Source of the DNA: an uncultured bacterium
Lineage (GTDB): Bacteria; Abyssobacteria; SURF-5
DNA length: 64,000 nucleotides
NCBI GenBank assembly: GCA_964607485.1
Contig: CAZSKP010000001.1
Span: 96,001 to 160,000 of the forward strand
Reading direction: 5' to 3'
Position 1 is the stretch's first letter. The number at the start of each line of letters is the position of its first letter. The notes beneath the pieces were generated by a model that made no database searches, was not told where the DNA came from, and saw only the letters and a list, made by a program, of their open reading frames with translations. The position numbers and the translations under genes were made by a program. This document shows, one piece after another, positions 39,513 through 49,159 of the stretch.

Positions 39513-41528
39513 CTACCGATTGGAATCTGACAACGCCTGCCCCATATCCGACCGAACGACCGTGTACTCTCTCACATCGGCGTACGGCATAAAAGGCTCG
39601 CCGCCGCCCGTGAAGAACTTGGAGAAGAACTCAAGGTATTGCAGCCTGAGCGTGTGAACAAACGCCCCCAAGCAGTTTATCGCCAGGTTGAACGCGTGCC
39701 CGAAAACGAGGACCAGTCCCGCGAGCACATACCCTATGCCGTAGGGGATGCCCGTGACCAGACCGGCAATGTCGTTGATGGTTATCGCGAGAAACGTCGT
39801 GGACAGTCCGAGCGCCATCAGCCGCGCGTAGGAAAGCACATCGCCGAAGAAACCCAACGCGTCGCGAGCCGTCTGCAACAGGCCCATCAAGGGAACCAGC
39901 AGCACGTTTCCGACGCGGCGGCCTCGCGCGAGAACGAGCGGAACGACGATAATCAACGCGGATGTTCCTCCGATTGAGAGGAGCGTTTCGTCCACCGCGC
40001 CGCCGAAGAGGTACTTGTAGAGAACGGGGGCGACGCAAATCAGCACGAGTATCCAGAGCCCCTGTTCACCCAGTCCGCTCACTATGTCGCCTTCGCGGAA
40101 ATCCCTCACCATTCTGATGCCGAGCCCGAACAGCACCTGCACCAGGCCGAGCAGGAAAGAGATATAAAGGAAGAGCAGCACTTCTTTGGTTGGGTCGAAC
40201 AGCACGACTTTACTGAATATCGCTGGCAGGCTCTTCAGGTCGATTGCGAATATTCCGCCCGTGAGCACGCCGACAACGATGCTCGAGAATCCTCCCAGAA
40301 TCAAAATCTGCAGCAGCTTTCGGGCTCCCCCGTGAATCTCAAATTTCTTCAACGCCAGATAGCCGCCGATGGCCAGGACCAGCCCGTAGCCGGCCTCTCC
40401 GAGGCAGACGCCGAAGAAGAGGACGAAGAACGGGGCAAAGAGAGGCGTGGGGTCGAACTCGGTGTATTGAGGGCGGCCATAGAGCTCGGTGATGAGCGCG
40501 AACGGTTTTACGGCGGGACGGTTTTCGAGCAGGATGGGAACGCGGTCGTCGGGCGCAGGGTCGGAGCACCTCATTTCGACGACCTCGGTCACTCTGCTGA
40601 GCCGCCGCCTGAGCGTCTCCTCCTGGCTGGCCACGATCCATCCTCTGATGAGGAAGGTGCGCGAGGTGAACAGGAAGTTGTGCTGGACCTGCAGCGCCCG
40701 GAGTTCCTGGGAATAGTGGTCGTTGAGCAGGAGGAACTTGTCCACGGAGGACACCGACTCGTCCGCGACGCGTTCTCGGATCTGTCGATTGCGCTCCTTC
40801 AATTCGTCGGTCTGCTCTTTCAACTGCTTGAGCGCCTCGGCCGGGGTGCCTGTCAGTCCCATGAAGCTCACCGAGCGCCACCCGTGTTTTCTGAGGATGG
40901 ACGCTATGGAGTCCTCGATTTCCTTGGAATAGATGAGGACCATCGACACCGAGGTGCGCGAGCGCTCGACAATTTCGATGTGAAGCAGGGGAGAGGCCTC
41001 GGATAGTTCGTCGGTCATCGGATTGAAAGCGCGGGCGTTGCAGATTCCGAGCGAGGCGCGAGTGGTTCGCGTGTCGTGAATAAGCTCGAGCGGGCACTCC
41101 AGGCGGAGCCAGTGGGAGACGTCCGCCATGAGGTTTTCCTTCTTGTCCATCTGGCTTTCATTCTCATCGAGCTCACTTTCAACTGAAGTGCAGTCTCCGT
41201 AGAACTCCTCCATCTCGAAGTTGGCAATGCAGTCCTCAACCTCCTGGGGCGTGAAGACGGGTTTGCCCTTGAGAAGGGTTTGAGCGAGAGAACGTTTGGG
41301 AGCGAACCGTTCCAGAAACTGCAGGCAGTGCTGAATCTGCGCGAGCTTCTGCTTGACTTCGGAGAGGGAGTTCTCGAGAAAAGAGGGGAGTTCGGTCTGT
41401 GACTCGGGGAACAGTTCCCTTACGTCGGAGATATGTACGGCGCCGAGCCCACGCAGCGTCGCCAGTATCTCCTCGCGACACTCGGCGTGCGCTATGAGCT
41501 CCAGTCTTCTGACCTTGCTTACGGCCAT
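39513..41528 (-). CDS. ntpI: V/A-type ATP synthase subunit I
   Basis: P.Y.EFDPT, DVLSYARLMALGL, HTLRLQYLEFFSKFF. Confidence 0.96.
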   Translation of the reverse strand: MAVSKVRRLELIAHAECREEILATLRGLGAVHISDVRELFPESQTELPSFLENSLSEVKQKLAQIQHCLQFLERFAPKRSLAQTLLKGKPVFTPQEVEDCIANFEMEEFYGDCTSVESELDENESQMDKKENLMADVSHWLRLECPLELIHDTRTTRASLGICNARAFNPMTDELSEASPLLHIEIVERSRTSVSMVLIYSKEIEDSIASILRKHGWRSVSFMGLTGTPAEALKQLKEQTDELKERNRQIRERVADESVSSVDKFLLLNDHYSQELRALQVQHNFLFTSRTFLIRGWIVASQEETLRRRLSRVTEVVEMRCSDPAPDDRVPILLENRPAVKPFALITELYGRPQYTEFDPTPLFAPFFVLFFGVCLGEAGYGLVLAIGGYLALKKFEIHGGARKLLQILILGGFSSIVVGVLTGGIFAIDLKSLPAIFSKVVLFDPTKEVLLFLYISFLLGLVQVLFGLGIRMVRDFREGDIVSGLGEQGLWILVLICVAPVLYKYLFGGAVDETLLSIGGTSALIIVVPLVLARGRRVGNVLLVPLMGLLQTARDALGFFGDVLSYARLMALGLSTTFLAITINDIAGLVTGIPYGIGYVLAGLVLVFGHAFNLAINCLGAFVHTLRLQYLEFFSKFFTGGGEPFMPYADVREYTVVRSDMGQALSDSNR

Positions 41529-41839
41529 TCGGGATTGCCAGCGATGGAATCGATTATCAGCTTGACCGCACGCTCCATGTTATTTTGCGCGGATGCCCGC
41601 AGAGATTCGAGCGCCTTCTGATTCTCTTTTCTTGATTCCAGCGCTTGCCTCTGAGCTTCGGACTCCGCATCGGCTATCATCTGCAATTCGGTCCGACGGC
41701 ACTCTTCCTTTGAGCTTTCCAGGAGGTTTCGTCCCTCCTCGCGGGCCAGGCGGATAAGCTCATCTGCATCCTGCTTCGCCTTTGCAATCAGCCTCTCGCC
41801 GTCGCCTTCGACTTGCCTAATTTCGTCCAGAAGTTCCAT
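41519..41839 (-). CDS. V/A-type ATP synthase subunit G/H (peripheral stalk)
   Basis: ~106-aa charged coiled coil, first gene of operon, ends AVKLII. Confidence 0.75.
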   Translation of the reverse strand: MELLDEIRQVEGDGERLIAKAKQDADELIRLAREEGRNLLESSKEECRRTELQMIADAESEAQRQALESRKENQKALESLRASAQNNMERAVKLIIDSIAGNPEWP

Positions 41840-41901
41840 GTTTTTCGAGGTCTTTCGATGAGGGGGAGACGATGCGAATCGAGCCATTAACCTACCAAAG
41901 A

Positions 41902-41930
41902 ATGGTAACATAGGTGGTGAGGGATGTCAA
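41902..41930 (-). promoter_or_regulatory. Sigma70-type promoter of ATPase operon
   Basis: TTGACA-N17-TACCAT with TG extension. Confidence 0.65.
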
Positions 41931-42274
41931 GGAAAAACACAACTTGTTGGGCTTTGGCGAGGCTGGCACCCGCTATATAGGCCTATCAAGGGGAAAGCTC
42001 TGCGAGACACAGGGGAAAGCGACGGGTCAGGAGCGTGCCTTTTTCCACTCTTCTATTCTTGTGCGGAACTCCGAGTAGCACGCCGGGCAATACGTGTGGG
42101 AGACGAGCTTGGCGGAAAGGTCGGCCCTGCTGGGTTCTTTCCAGCCTTTTGGACCTCGGATCCTATTGCAACTGCAACATTGTACCGTCATTTCTCTCTA
42201 CCCTCCACTTTAGATTATCGGCGTGAACAGGGAGAAACTTTAGCCCGATTGGCGTTGCCCGCTTGTGCAATGGA

Positions 42275-42306
42275 GATTGCTTCGTCGCCCTGCTTCTCGC
42301 AATGTC
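42275..42306. repeat. Partial copy of the REP/RPE-like repeat at 30082-30113
   Basis: GATTGCTTCGTCGCCCTGCTTCTCGCAATGTC vs GATTGCTTCGTCGCCTTGCTCCTCGCAATGAC (3 mismatches in 32). Confidence 0.75.
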
Positions 42307-42414
42307 GAAAGAGAGAAACACAATGACGAAAGAGAGAGACGATGTCGCGTGAGAGCGTGTTCGGGAAACAGCCCAGGAGAGCGGAGAAACCGATTTCTTT
42401 GTCTCACCCACGCA

Positions 42415-42633
42415 TCAGAGCGCGATGGGTTCGCATACGTTGGCGGCCTTGGAGGCGGCGCGTCCGCAGATGTGGCAGACGAACTGCGCGTTCTTGGCCA
42501 GCCTGCCCACTTTGTCCATTTGACGCTTGCTCGTCAGCTCGCAAAGATGGCTCGCGTGACCACCGTGCGTCTTGGCAAGCTTGTGTTCCGGCACCGTCAT
42601 CTTCTTGGCTTTTTTCGCTTTTGCCTTTGCCAT
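42415..42633 (-). CDS. Small basic Cys/His-rich protein
   Basis: HLC..FVCHICGRAA..NVCEP; GAAGGGAG RBS. Confidence 0.75.
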   Translation of the reverse strand: MAKAKAKKAKKMTVPEHKLAKTHGGHASHLCELTSKRQMDKVGRLAKNAQFVCHICGRAASKAANVCEPIAL

Positions 42634-42785
42634 ATCGAATCTCCCTTCACAAATGACCACATAAGAAAAGTCTTAAGAATAGTATTTACGCTTTGCTGAT
42701 GAATGGCAAGGAGGCGGACGCCGAGTTGTCCTATTCCTCAAATCTTTCGGAAGGCGTCCGAGCGGGGGTAAGAGGAAACCGCTAT

Positions 42786-43838
42786 TCAGGAAAGACCTGT
42801 CGCTGACGCAATCTTGGCGAGCTCTTCCTCGAACTGTTGGTGGAGCCGCTTCTTATCCATGTCGGGAAGAAAACTCGCTCTGACTCCGTTAAGGCACAGG
42901 GTCTTGATCTCCGACCAGTCGAGGCCGAGTTCTTCGCCGCACAGCTTGTACTCTTTGGTCAAGGAAGTTCCGAACATGGCGGGGTCGTCGCTGTTCAAGG
43001 TGACCAGCAGTCCGCGTCGGAGGAATTCGGGAAGCGGATGGTCCGCGAGCGAACGGATCGCGCCGGTCTCCACGTTGCTCGTGAGACACATGTCCACGGC
43101 GGTACCTCGGACGCGCAAATGCTCGAGCAGTTGCTCGTCTCCGCGCGCGCCGAGACCGTGGTCGATGCGTTCGGCCCCGAGCGCTTTCACCGCGCCCCAC
43201 ACGCTGGAGGGCCCGGTGACCTCGCCCGCGTGAGCGACCAGGTGGAGTCCCTCTCTTCTGGCCCACGCGAACTGTTCCGCGAATATTTCGGGCGAATAGT
43301 GAATCTCGTCTCCTCCCAATCCCAACGCGATCACGCCGTTCTTCTGGTGACGCGCGGCCTCGCGCGCCGTCTGCCACGCGTGCTCGGTCCCGAACTGACG
43401 GCCGATGTCGAAAATGAATCGCACATCGATGTCGCCGTTCTTGCAGACGCTTCTCGCGCCCGCCGCGATTCCCGGCATGACCTCGTCCATCGAGAGCCCG
43501 TTGAGCCTGTGCGCGGTCGGAGGGATGAGTATTTCCGCATACCTGACATTTTGAGCGCGAAGATTTTCGAGGACATCACAGCACGCCATCTCGAAGTCCT
43601 CGGCGCTCCGCAGGCACGTGCATCGCATGCGGTAGTCGTCGAGAAACCCGATCAGGTGCCCGTAATGAACACGGGTGGGATTTCTGCCTTCGTTCGAACT
43701 ACGAAGCTCCACCCCGTTCTTGTGCGCGAGTTTCTCGAGCGTCTCGGAGGAGATCGAACCTTCCAGATGCACGTGGAGCTCCACCTTCGGCATCCGTTCT
43801 ATCGCCGCTCCGAGGTCTGCCTGCCGAGTTGCCTCCAT
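42786..43838 (-). CDS. add: Adenosine/adenine deaminase
   Basis: PKVELHVHLEG, HAGE, RIDHG, NSDDP. Confidence 0.92.
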   Translation of the reverse strand: MEATRQADLGAAIERMPKVELHVHLEGSISSETLEKLAHKNGVELRSSNEGRNPTRVHYGHLIGFLDDYRMRCTCLRSAEDFEMACCDVLENLRAQNVRYAEILIPPTAHRLNGLSMDEVMPGIAAGARSVCKNGDIDVRFIFDIGRQFGTEHAWQTAREAARHQKNGVIALGLGGDEIHYSPEIFAEQFAWARREGLHLVAHAGEVTGPSSVWGAVKALGAERIDHGLGARGDEQLLEHLRVRGTAVDMCLTSNVETGAIRSLADHPLPEFLRRGLLVTLNSDDPAMFGTSLTKEYKLCGEELGLDWSEIKTLCLNGVRASFLPDMDKKRLHQQFEEELAKIASATGLS

Positions 43839-44022
43839 GCGTCCTCCCTGAGGGTCTCCCTGAATCTATTCATTTATACCATGTTTCCGGTTTGTCCGCA
43901 AACTGCTTGTGCGCTCGTATTGCAAACCGGGGGCCGGTACCAATATAATGAGTGGGCTTTTTGGAGGCAAGCGGACCGGCCGGCCTGCTTGCGATTCTAA
44001 GTGACCTTCCGGGGAGTCGTGG

Positions 44023-45171
44023 ATGCGACGCGTGGATGAAAAGCTCAACGTGCTTATTGTGTTCGGAACGAGGCCGGAGGCCATCAAGCTCGCGCCCGTG
44101 ATACATGAGGCGAAGAAGCGGGCATGGGCGCGGCCGGTGGTGTGCGTCACCGCGCAGCACAGGGAGATGCTCGACCAGATGCTCGGAGTGTTCGGCATCA
44201 GGCCCGACATAGACCTCGGCATAATGACCCGCCGGCAGAGCCTGCACTCGCTCGCGTCCAGAATTCTCACGCGGATGCGCACCGTGCTGAAAGAGCGAAG
44301 CCCGCATCTTGTCGTCGTGCAGGGTGACACGACCACCACCTTCGCCGCGAGCCTGGCGGCCTTCTATGAGAAAATTCCGGTCGCCCACGTGGAGGCGGGA
44401 TTGAGAACGTTCAGGAAGGATGAGCCGTTTCCCGAAGAGGCAAACCGCAGGCTTGCCGATTCGCTCGCCGACTTTCACTTCGCGGCCACCGACGGGAATC
44501 GTCTCAATCTCATCAGGGAAGGGGCGGACCCCGAGCGGATATTCGTCGTGGGAAACACCGTGGTGGACGCGCTGGGGCGCATCCTGCAAGAAAATCGAAA
44601 GAGAAAAACATTTCCCGGCCTGCCACGCATCGCGCCGGGAAAGAAAACGATAGCGGTGACGGCGCATCGCAGGGAAAGCTTCGGCGAGCCTCTGAGGAAT
44701 ATCTGCGAGGCGCTGAGGCGGATTTCCAAGCTGAACGACGACGTGGAAATAATATACCCCGTTCATCTGAACCCGAACGTTCTGCGTCCGGTCCGACGCC
44801 TTCTCGGCGGCGACAAGAACATTCATCTCCTGCCGCCGCTGGATTACGTGTCGTTCGTCGAGCTGCTCCGGCGGTCGTATCTCATACTCACCGATTCGGG
44901 CGGCATTCAAGAGGAGGCGCCCACGCTCAAGAAGCCGGTGGTCGTGATGCGCGAGGTGACCGAACGACCCGAGGGCGTGAGGGCCGGATTTGTGAAAGTC
45001 GCGGGGAGGAGCGTCGATGCCGTGGTGAGTGCGACGCAGGAGCTTCTCGACGACACATCGATTCACTCCCGCCTGCGGCATATTCCCAACCCATACGGAG
45101 ACGGACGCTCCGCGCGGAGAATCCTGAGCATAATCGGCCGACATCGCGCCTCGCTCCTCTCTCGCGGGTGA
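44023..45171 (+). CDS. wecB: UDP-N-acetylglucosamine 2-epimerase (non-hydrolysing)
   Basis: GTRPEAIK, QGDT, HVEAGLR, PFPEEANR, HRRES, TDSGGIQEE. Confidence 0.96.
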   Translation: MRRVDEKLNVLIVFGTRPEAIKLAPVIHEAKKRAWARPVVCVTAQHREMLDQMLGVFGIRPDIDLGIMTRRQSLHSLASRILTRMRTVLKERSPHLVVVQGDTTTTFAASLAAFYEKIPVAHVEAGLRTFRKDEPFPEEANRRLADSLADFHFAATDGNRLNLIREGADPERIFVVGNTVVDALGRILQENRKRKTFPGLPRIAPGKKTIAVTAHRRESFGEPLRNICEALRRISKLNDDVEIIYPVHLNPNVLRPVRRLLGGDKNIHLLPPLDYVSFVELLRRSYLILTDSGGIQEEAPTLKKPVVVMREVTERPEGVRAGFVKVAGRSVDAVVSATQELLDDTSIHSRLRHIPNPYGDGRSARRILSIIGRHRASLLSRG

Positions 45172-45323
45172 ATCGTTCCCCGACCTCTCCTGTTCTAAAT
45201 CAGACATGCCCCTGTGGAAAAGCCTACATCAATTGGGAATCCTCGTCTGTATCTGCAATGTGTGTTCAGCTATAACTTAAATGATAACAACCTCTTATGT
45301 GTGATGCTGCCAGATCAGGAAGA

Positions 45324-45340
45324 TTGGCAACCGTCTTGCT
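45324..45340 (+). promoter_or_regulatory. Sigma54-type promoter
   Basis: TTGGCAACCGTCTTGCT (GG-N10-GC) about 85 bp upstream of 45424. Confidence 0.55.
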
Positions 45341-45423
45341 CATTCAGACCGACGAAGTCTCGGGCAAACCGAGCAGCTGGAATGTGGCACGGTCGAGGTT
45401 GATCTGGGAAAGGAGTAAGACCG

Positions 45424-45987
45424 ATGAAAAGAACCATAGTATGGATGTTGGCCTTGGCGGCGGCATTGCCGTTGCTCTTCGCATCGGCCGGTTGGGCCGA
45501 GGAGGCCCATCACGGTACGAGCGCCGACACACCGAAGCACTGCGATATGGCCTCGTGTCCCCACAAGGGAATAACGGCGAAAATATTCGAAAACTATTTC
45601 GTGATTCGCGCCTCGCTTGCAGCCGATTCCCTCGAAGGTGTGCCGACGAGGGCGAAGGCGATTGCGGAGGCCGTAGAGCCGTTTTCGCAAGAATCCAATA
45701 AATGTATGGGTCGCCGAGAAGAGTCCAACATGCATGCCCTGATGTCGGAGATAGGCGCCGCGGCGAGAACGCTGGCTGAAAAAAACAACATCACCTCCGC
45801 CCGAGAGGAGTTCGGCGAGTTGAGCATGAAGATGTTTGCGTATCAGAAAAGCCACCTGGCGGAATCCGAGAGGGCGCATGTCTTTGCGTGTGACATGGCA
45901 AAGAAGATGTGGCTTCAGCAAACCGAGGAGCCGGGCAATCCGTATTTCGGCCCTGCGATGGCCAGATGCGGGCGCATGATTGAGTGA
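45424..45987 (+). CDS. Secreted DUF3347-like protein
   Basis: Signal peptide; AREEFGELS, CDMAKKMWLQ..NPYFG..MARCG. Confidence 0.8.
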   Translation: MKRTIVWMLALAAALPLLFASAGWAEEAHHGTSADTPKHCDMASCPHKGITAKIFENYFVIRASLAADSLEGVPTRAKAIAEAVEPFSQESNKCMGRREESNMHALMSEIGAAARTLAEKNNITSAREEFGELSMKMFAYQKSHLAESERAHVFACDMAKKMWLQQTEEPGNPYFGPAMARCGRMIE

Positions 45988-46112
45988 GCCTCAGCGTTCC
46001 GAAGGAGGGCCTGCGCCGGCCCGCAAAAAGGTGAAGCCTTAATGTGCGACGCAAATAACCGGGGGGAGGAGAAGATCATCGGAAGGACCTGAAGATTTCG
46101 TTCGAGGTACAT

Positions 46113-46186
46113 TTCGGGAAAGGCATCCACTCCTCCAAAAACAACCCAACGGGAGTCCCGCGTGCCCTTTGGAAGCCTTTCCCGAA
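46113..46186 (+). ncRNA. Candidate structured non-coding element, copy 2
   Basis: Same closing stem and AACGGGAGTCCCGCGTGCC core as copy 1; CTCCTCC motif. Confidence 0.55.
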
Positions 46187-46283
46187 TCCTTATTTGCCAC
46201 GGCCTTCCCACGTTCGAAGCGGCGTAAGGCGCCGATGCAGGCATGGGAGCAACGAACACATCGAAAAGAGAGGATGATTACCG

Positions 46284-46898
46284 ATGGAAGACCTCGCGAG
46301 AGTGCGCTATGACCGTAACGCGCGGTTTTTCGATTTTGTCGATTCGCTTTTTGGGACGATGATGGCCCGACGGAAACACGAGGTCGTCGGGCGTGCAAAA
46401 GGCCGCGTGCTCGAGGTAGGTGTCGGAACCGGAAAAAGCCTGGCCCACTACCCGCAGGGAATAGAACTGGTGGGAATCGACATCAGCCCCAAAATGCTCG
46501 AGAGGGCAAAGGCGCGAGCCGGCGACTTCCCCGGTAGCCTGACCCTGCAGGTCGGAGATGTCCAGAACCTTGACTTTCCGGACGACTCCTTCGACACGGC
46601 GGTGACATCGTGCGTCTTTTGCTCCGTCACCGACCCGGTCCGGGGATTTCGGGAGATCAACCGCGTCCTGCGACCGGGCGGCAGAGGTTTGCACCTCGAA
46701 CATGTGAGGAGCAAAAGGCCCGTCATTGGCAAGTTGATGGATATCCTGAATCCGATTGCAGTCCGCATGACCGGCGCCAATATCAACCGCGACACGGCCG
46801 CAAATATCAGGAAATCGGGCCTCAGGTTGCTGGAGGAAGAAGACCTGTGGTCTGATATTTTGAAACTCTTCGAGGTCACAAAAGGCGAGAAATCCTGA
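46284..46898 (+). CDS. Class I SAM-dependent methyltransferase
   Basis: VLEVGVGTG, GIDISPKML, FCSV.DP, RVLRPGG..LEH. Confidence 0.92.
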   Translation: MEDLARVRYDRNARFFDFVDSLFGTMMARRKHEVVGRAKGRVLEVGVGTGKSLAHYPQGIELVGIDISPKMLERAKARAGDFPGSLTLQVGDVQNLDFPDDSFDTAVTSCVFCSVTDPVRGFREINRVLRPGGRGLHLEHVRSKRPVIGKLMDILNPIAVRMTGANINRDTAANIRKSGLRLLEEEDLWSDILKLFEVTKGEKS

Positions 46899-47098
46899 GG
46901 AAGGCGGCTCCAGCCCACAACCCCGGCATTCCCCTCCCTGACTTCATTGTGCATGTTTCCGCCCCACTGAAGTGTAAAGAAGCAATACATGTGCCTCACT
47001 ATGCGTGCATCAAAATAGAGACGCGGCCGTGGCGGCCCGTACGCCGCGAGCGTCGCATCCAATTGATATAATAGGCTTTACGTAGGTTTGTGGGCTAA

Positions 47099-47114
47099 TG
47101 GCACAAAAAGTGCT
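47099..47114 (+). promoter_or_regulatory. Sigma54-type promoter
   Basis: TGGCACAAAAAGTGCT (GG-N10-GC) upstream of the response regulator. Confidence 0.55.
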
Positions 47115-47203
47115 CTTCTCGACATCGAGGCACAGGTATTTTTCTTAATATATGCTGTCGAATTCATAATACTCTTATCCGAAATCATTAAGGAGAGAAA
47201 ACA

Positions 47204-48142
47204 ATGAGTCGAAACATAGCAATCGTAGAAGATGATCACGATCTGGGCACCATACTGCGCAGCCGGCTTCACGGGGCCGGCTACCAGTGTGTCCTCATCC
47301 GCGACAGCGAGAAGGCCTTTCCCGTGATCAAGGAGAAAAAGCCCGATCTCGCGATCCTTGACGTCATGATGCCGAAGGTGAGCGGCTACGACCTCTGCCG
47401 TCAGATCAGACGCGACCCGCTGATCTTCAACACTCCCGTGCTCATGCTCTCCGCCCTCGGAAGCGAGCCGGAGATTCTGCATGCGCTGGAGCAGGGGGCC
47501 GACGACTATCTCGTCAAACCGTTCGATGTCGGCGTCCTGTTTTCCAAGGTCAAAACGCTTCTGGAAAAACATAGGCGTATCATGCAGACAAGCCCGCTCA
47601 CCGGGTTCCACGGCGGCGAGTACATCAAGAGGCTCATCACGAACAAACTGTTTCGGGACGAGCTTGTGGCCGCGTGTTACTTCACGCTGATGCATTTCGC
47701 GCCGTACGTCAAGGCTTATGGCGGCAACAAGCGCGATCGGGCGGTAACGCTGCTGGCCGACATCCTGAAGAAAGTCACTCAGGATACGGGAGTGTACGAG
47801 TGCGCGATCTCGCACATGGGCGGCCCCGACTTCATGGTGCTTCTGTCGGTCAAGGACTTCGAGAGATACTGCAACGAGGTCGTCTTGCGTTTTCGGAATC
47901 GGAGAAGCGCACTTTACGGCGGAGTGGACCTCGACCGCGGCGCGATAGAACTCCCGGCCGAGGGCGGCGGAGTGGCCGACTACCCCCTCATGGCCGTCGC
48001 CGTCGGAGTGGTCACCAACGAGCGCGCTAAGTTCAGAGACAGCGCTCAAATGGTGAAGGTCGCGGGCGAGGTAAATCGTCGCGCTCAGCGACAGCAAAGC
48101 AACGGCCACATCGATATCATGAGGGAAGCGATATTGCTCTAA
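47204..48142 (+). CDS. Response regulator (REC) with degenerate GGDEF-like output domain
   Basis: VEDD, LDVMMP, GADDYLVKPF; SPLTGF..HMGGPDF. Confidence 0.85.
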   Translation: MSRNIAIVEDDHDLGTILRSRLHGAGYQCVLIRDSEKAFPVIKEKKPDLAILDVMMPKVSGYDLCRQIRRDPLIFNTPVLMLSALGSEPEILHALEQGADDYLVKPFDVGVLFSKVKTLLEKHRRIMQTSPLTGFHGGEYIKRLITNKLFRDELVAACYFTLMHFAPYVKAYGGNKRDRAVTLLADILKKVTQDTGVYECAISHMGGPDFMVLLSVKDFERYCNEVVLRFRNRRSALYGGVDLDRGAIELPAEGGGVADYPLMAVAVGVVTNERAKFRDSAQMVKVAGEVNRRAQRQQSNGHIDIMREAILL

Positions 48143-48251
48143 GTTGCCCCGCGTGCGGGCGGAACGATTAGCCGATCGTCCACCCACAACGTTGTTCAAG
48201 AGCCGCTCGCCGCGCGTGGGCGACATCGAGATGTCTTCTGCATACGCATGC

Positions 48252-48276
48252 AAGCCATCCCCCGCGGGATGGCTTT
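48252..48276 (+). terminator. Possible terminator hairpin
   Basis: AAGCCATCCC-CGC-GGGATGGCTTT; short T-run. Confidence 0.4.
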
Positions 48277-48400
48277 CGTGCTTCCACAGGGCTGTTTGGG
48301 CAATTACATATCTAACAATCTTCCTAATCACAGTTTGACTTCCATATTGCTTTCGTCCTACTCTAGATGGGCGAACCGTTCGTATATGGAAAGGGAGCCC

Positions 48401-49005
48401 ATGACCTCCTCCGGCAAGGAATCTGAAGAAACACTTGTCCGAGCGGCAAGTGAAGGAAGTGTGGATAGAGTCAAGGCGCTGTTGGAGACAGCCAGCGATG
48501 TGGATGCGAGAGACGATTATATAACCAAACCGCGCTTTTTGTGGCGGCGAATCGAGGTCACGCCGAAATAGTGAAGATTCTGCTGAATAGCGGCGCAGAT
48601 GTAAATGCAAAAGACGTCTATGGCCAGACGCCCTTGTTCATGGCAGCGCTGCAGGGATGGTCGGAGATATTCAATATTCTGCTGACGAGCGGCGCCGATT
48701 TCAACGCTAAGACTAACGATGGCATGACAGCACTCATTCCCGCCGCAGGGCAAGGCAAGTATGATATCGTGAGAGCGCTCATAGATAGAGGAGCGGATCC
48801 AAATGTGCGCACAAGGACGGGAACAACGGCCCTCCTATCTGCGTGCACGCGGGGACACACTGAGGTCGTGCGGTTGCTGCTGGAGCGGGGCGTCGATATG
48901 AACGTGCGAGAGAAATTCTTCGGACTGACCGCCTTGCGGGTCGCAAGGAATAAGGATCACAAGGAGATTGTCACGCTGCTCGAGGAGGCCGGCGCCGAGG
49001 AATAG
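48401..49005 (+). pseudogene. Ankyrin repeat protein with frameshift at ~48518-48523
   Basis: First ankyrin repeat (LVRAASEG..DVDARDDY) and later repeats (NQTALFVAANRGH..) lie in different frames across TATATA. Confidence 0.75.
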
Positions 49006-49159
49006 AAGATACAAGTCACAAGTCGAGAATCAGCGAGTGTTATCTTAAGCCCTCGATTCGCTCCCTGAAACTATCAACAGCTTTGCTGGCAACATGACCC
49101 GACGCTAGGGCTGTCTGCGGGGCAGGCTACATGCCCAACGGGGAAGAGGACCTCCAAAG

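Noticed and set aside
41940-42270. Riboswitch or ncRNA upstream of the ATPase operon (twin AGGGGAAAGC)
   Set aside because: Lies upstream of the predicted promoter, and I could not identify a supportable structure.
46075-46140. 16-codon minus-strand ORF (MPFPKCTSNEIFRSFR) behind GGAGG in copy 2, as a type I toxin
   Set aside because: Not hydrophobic, and copy 1 lacks the ATG.
47078-48610. 510-aa minus-strand ORF
   Set aside because: Antisense to the response regulator; no recognisable features.
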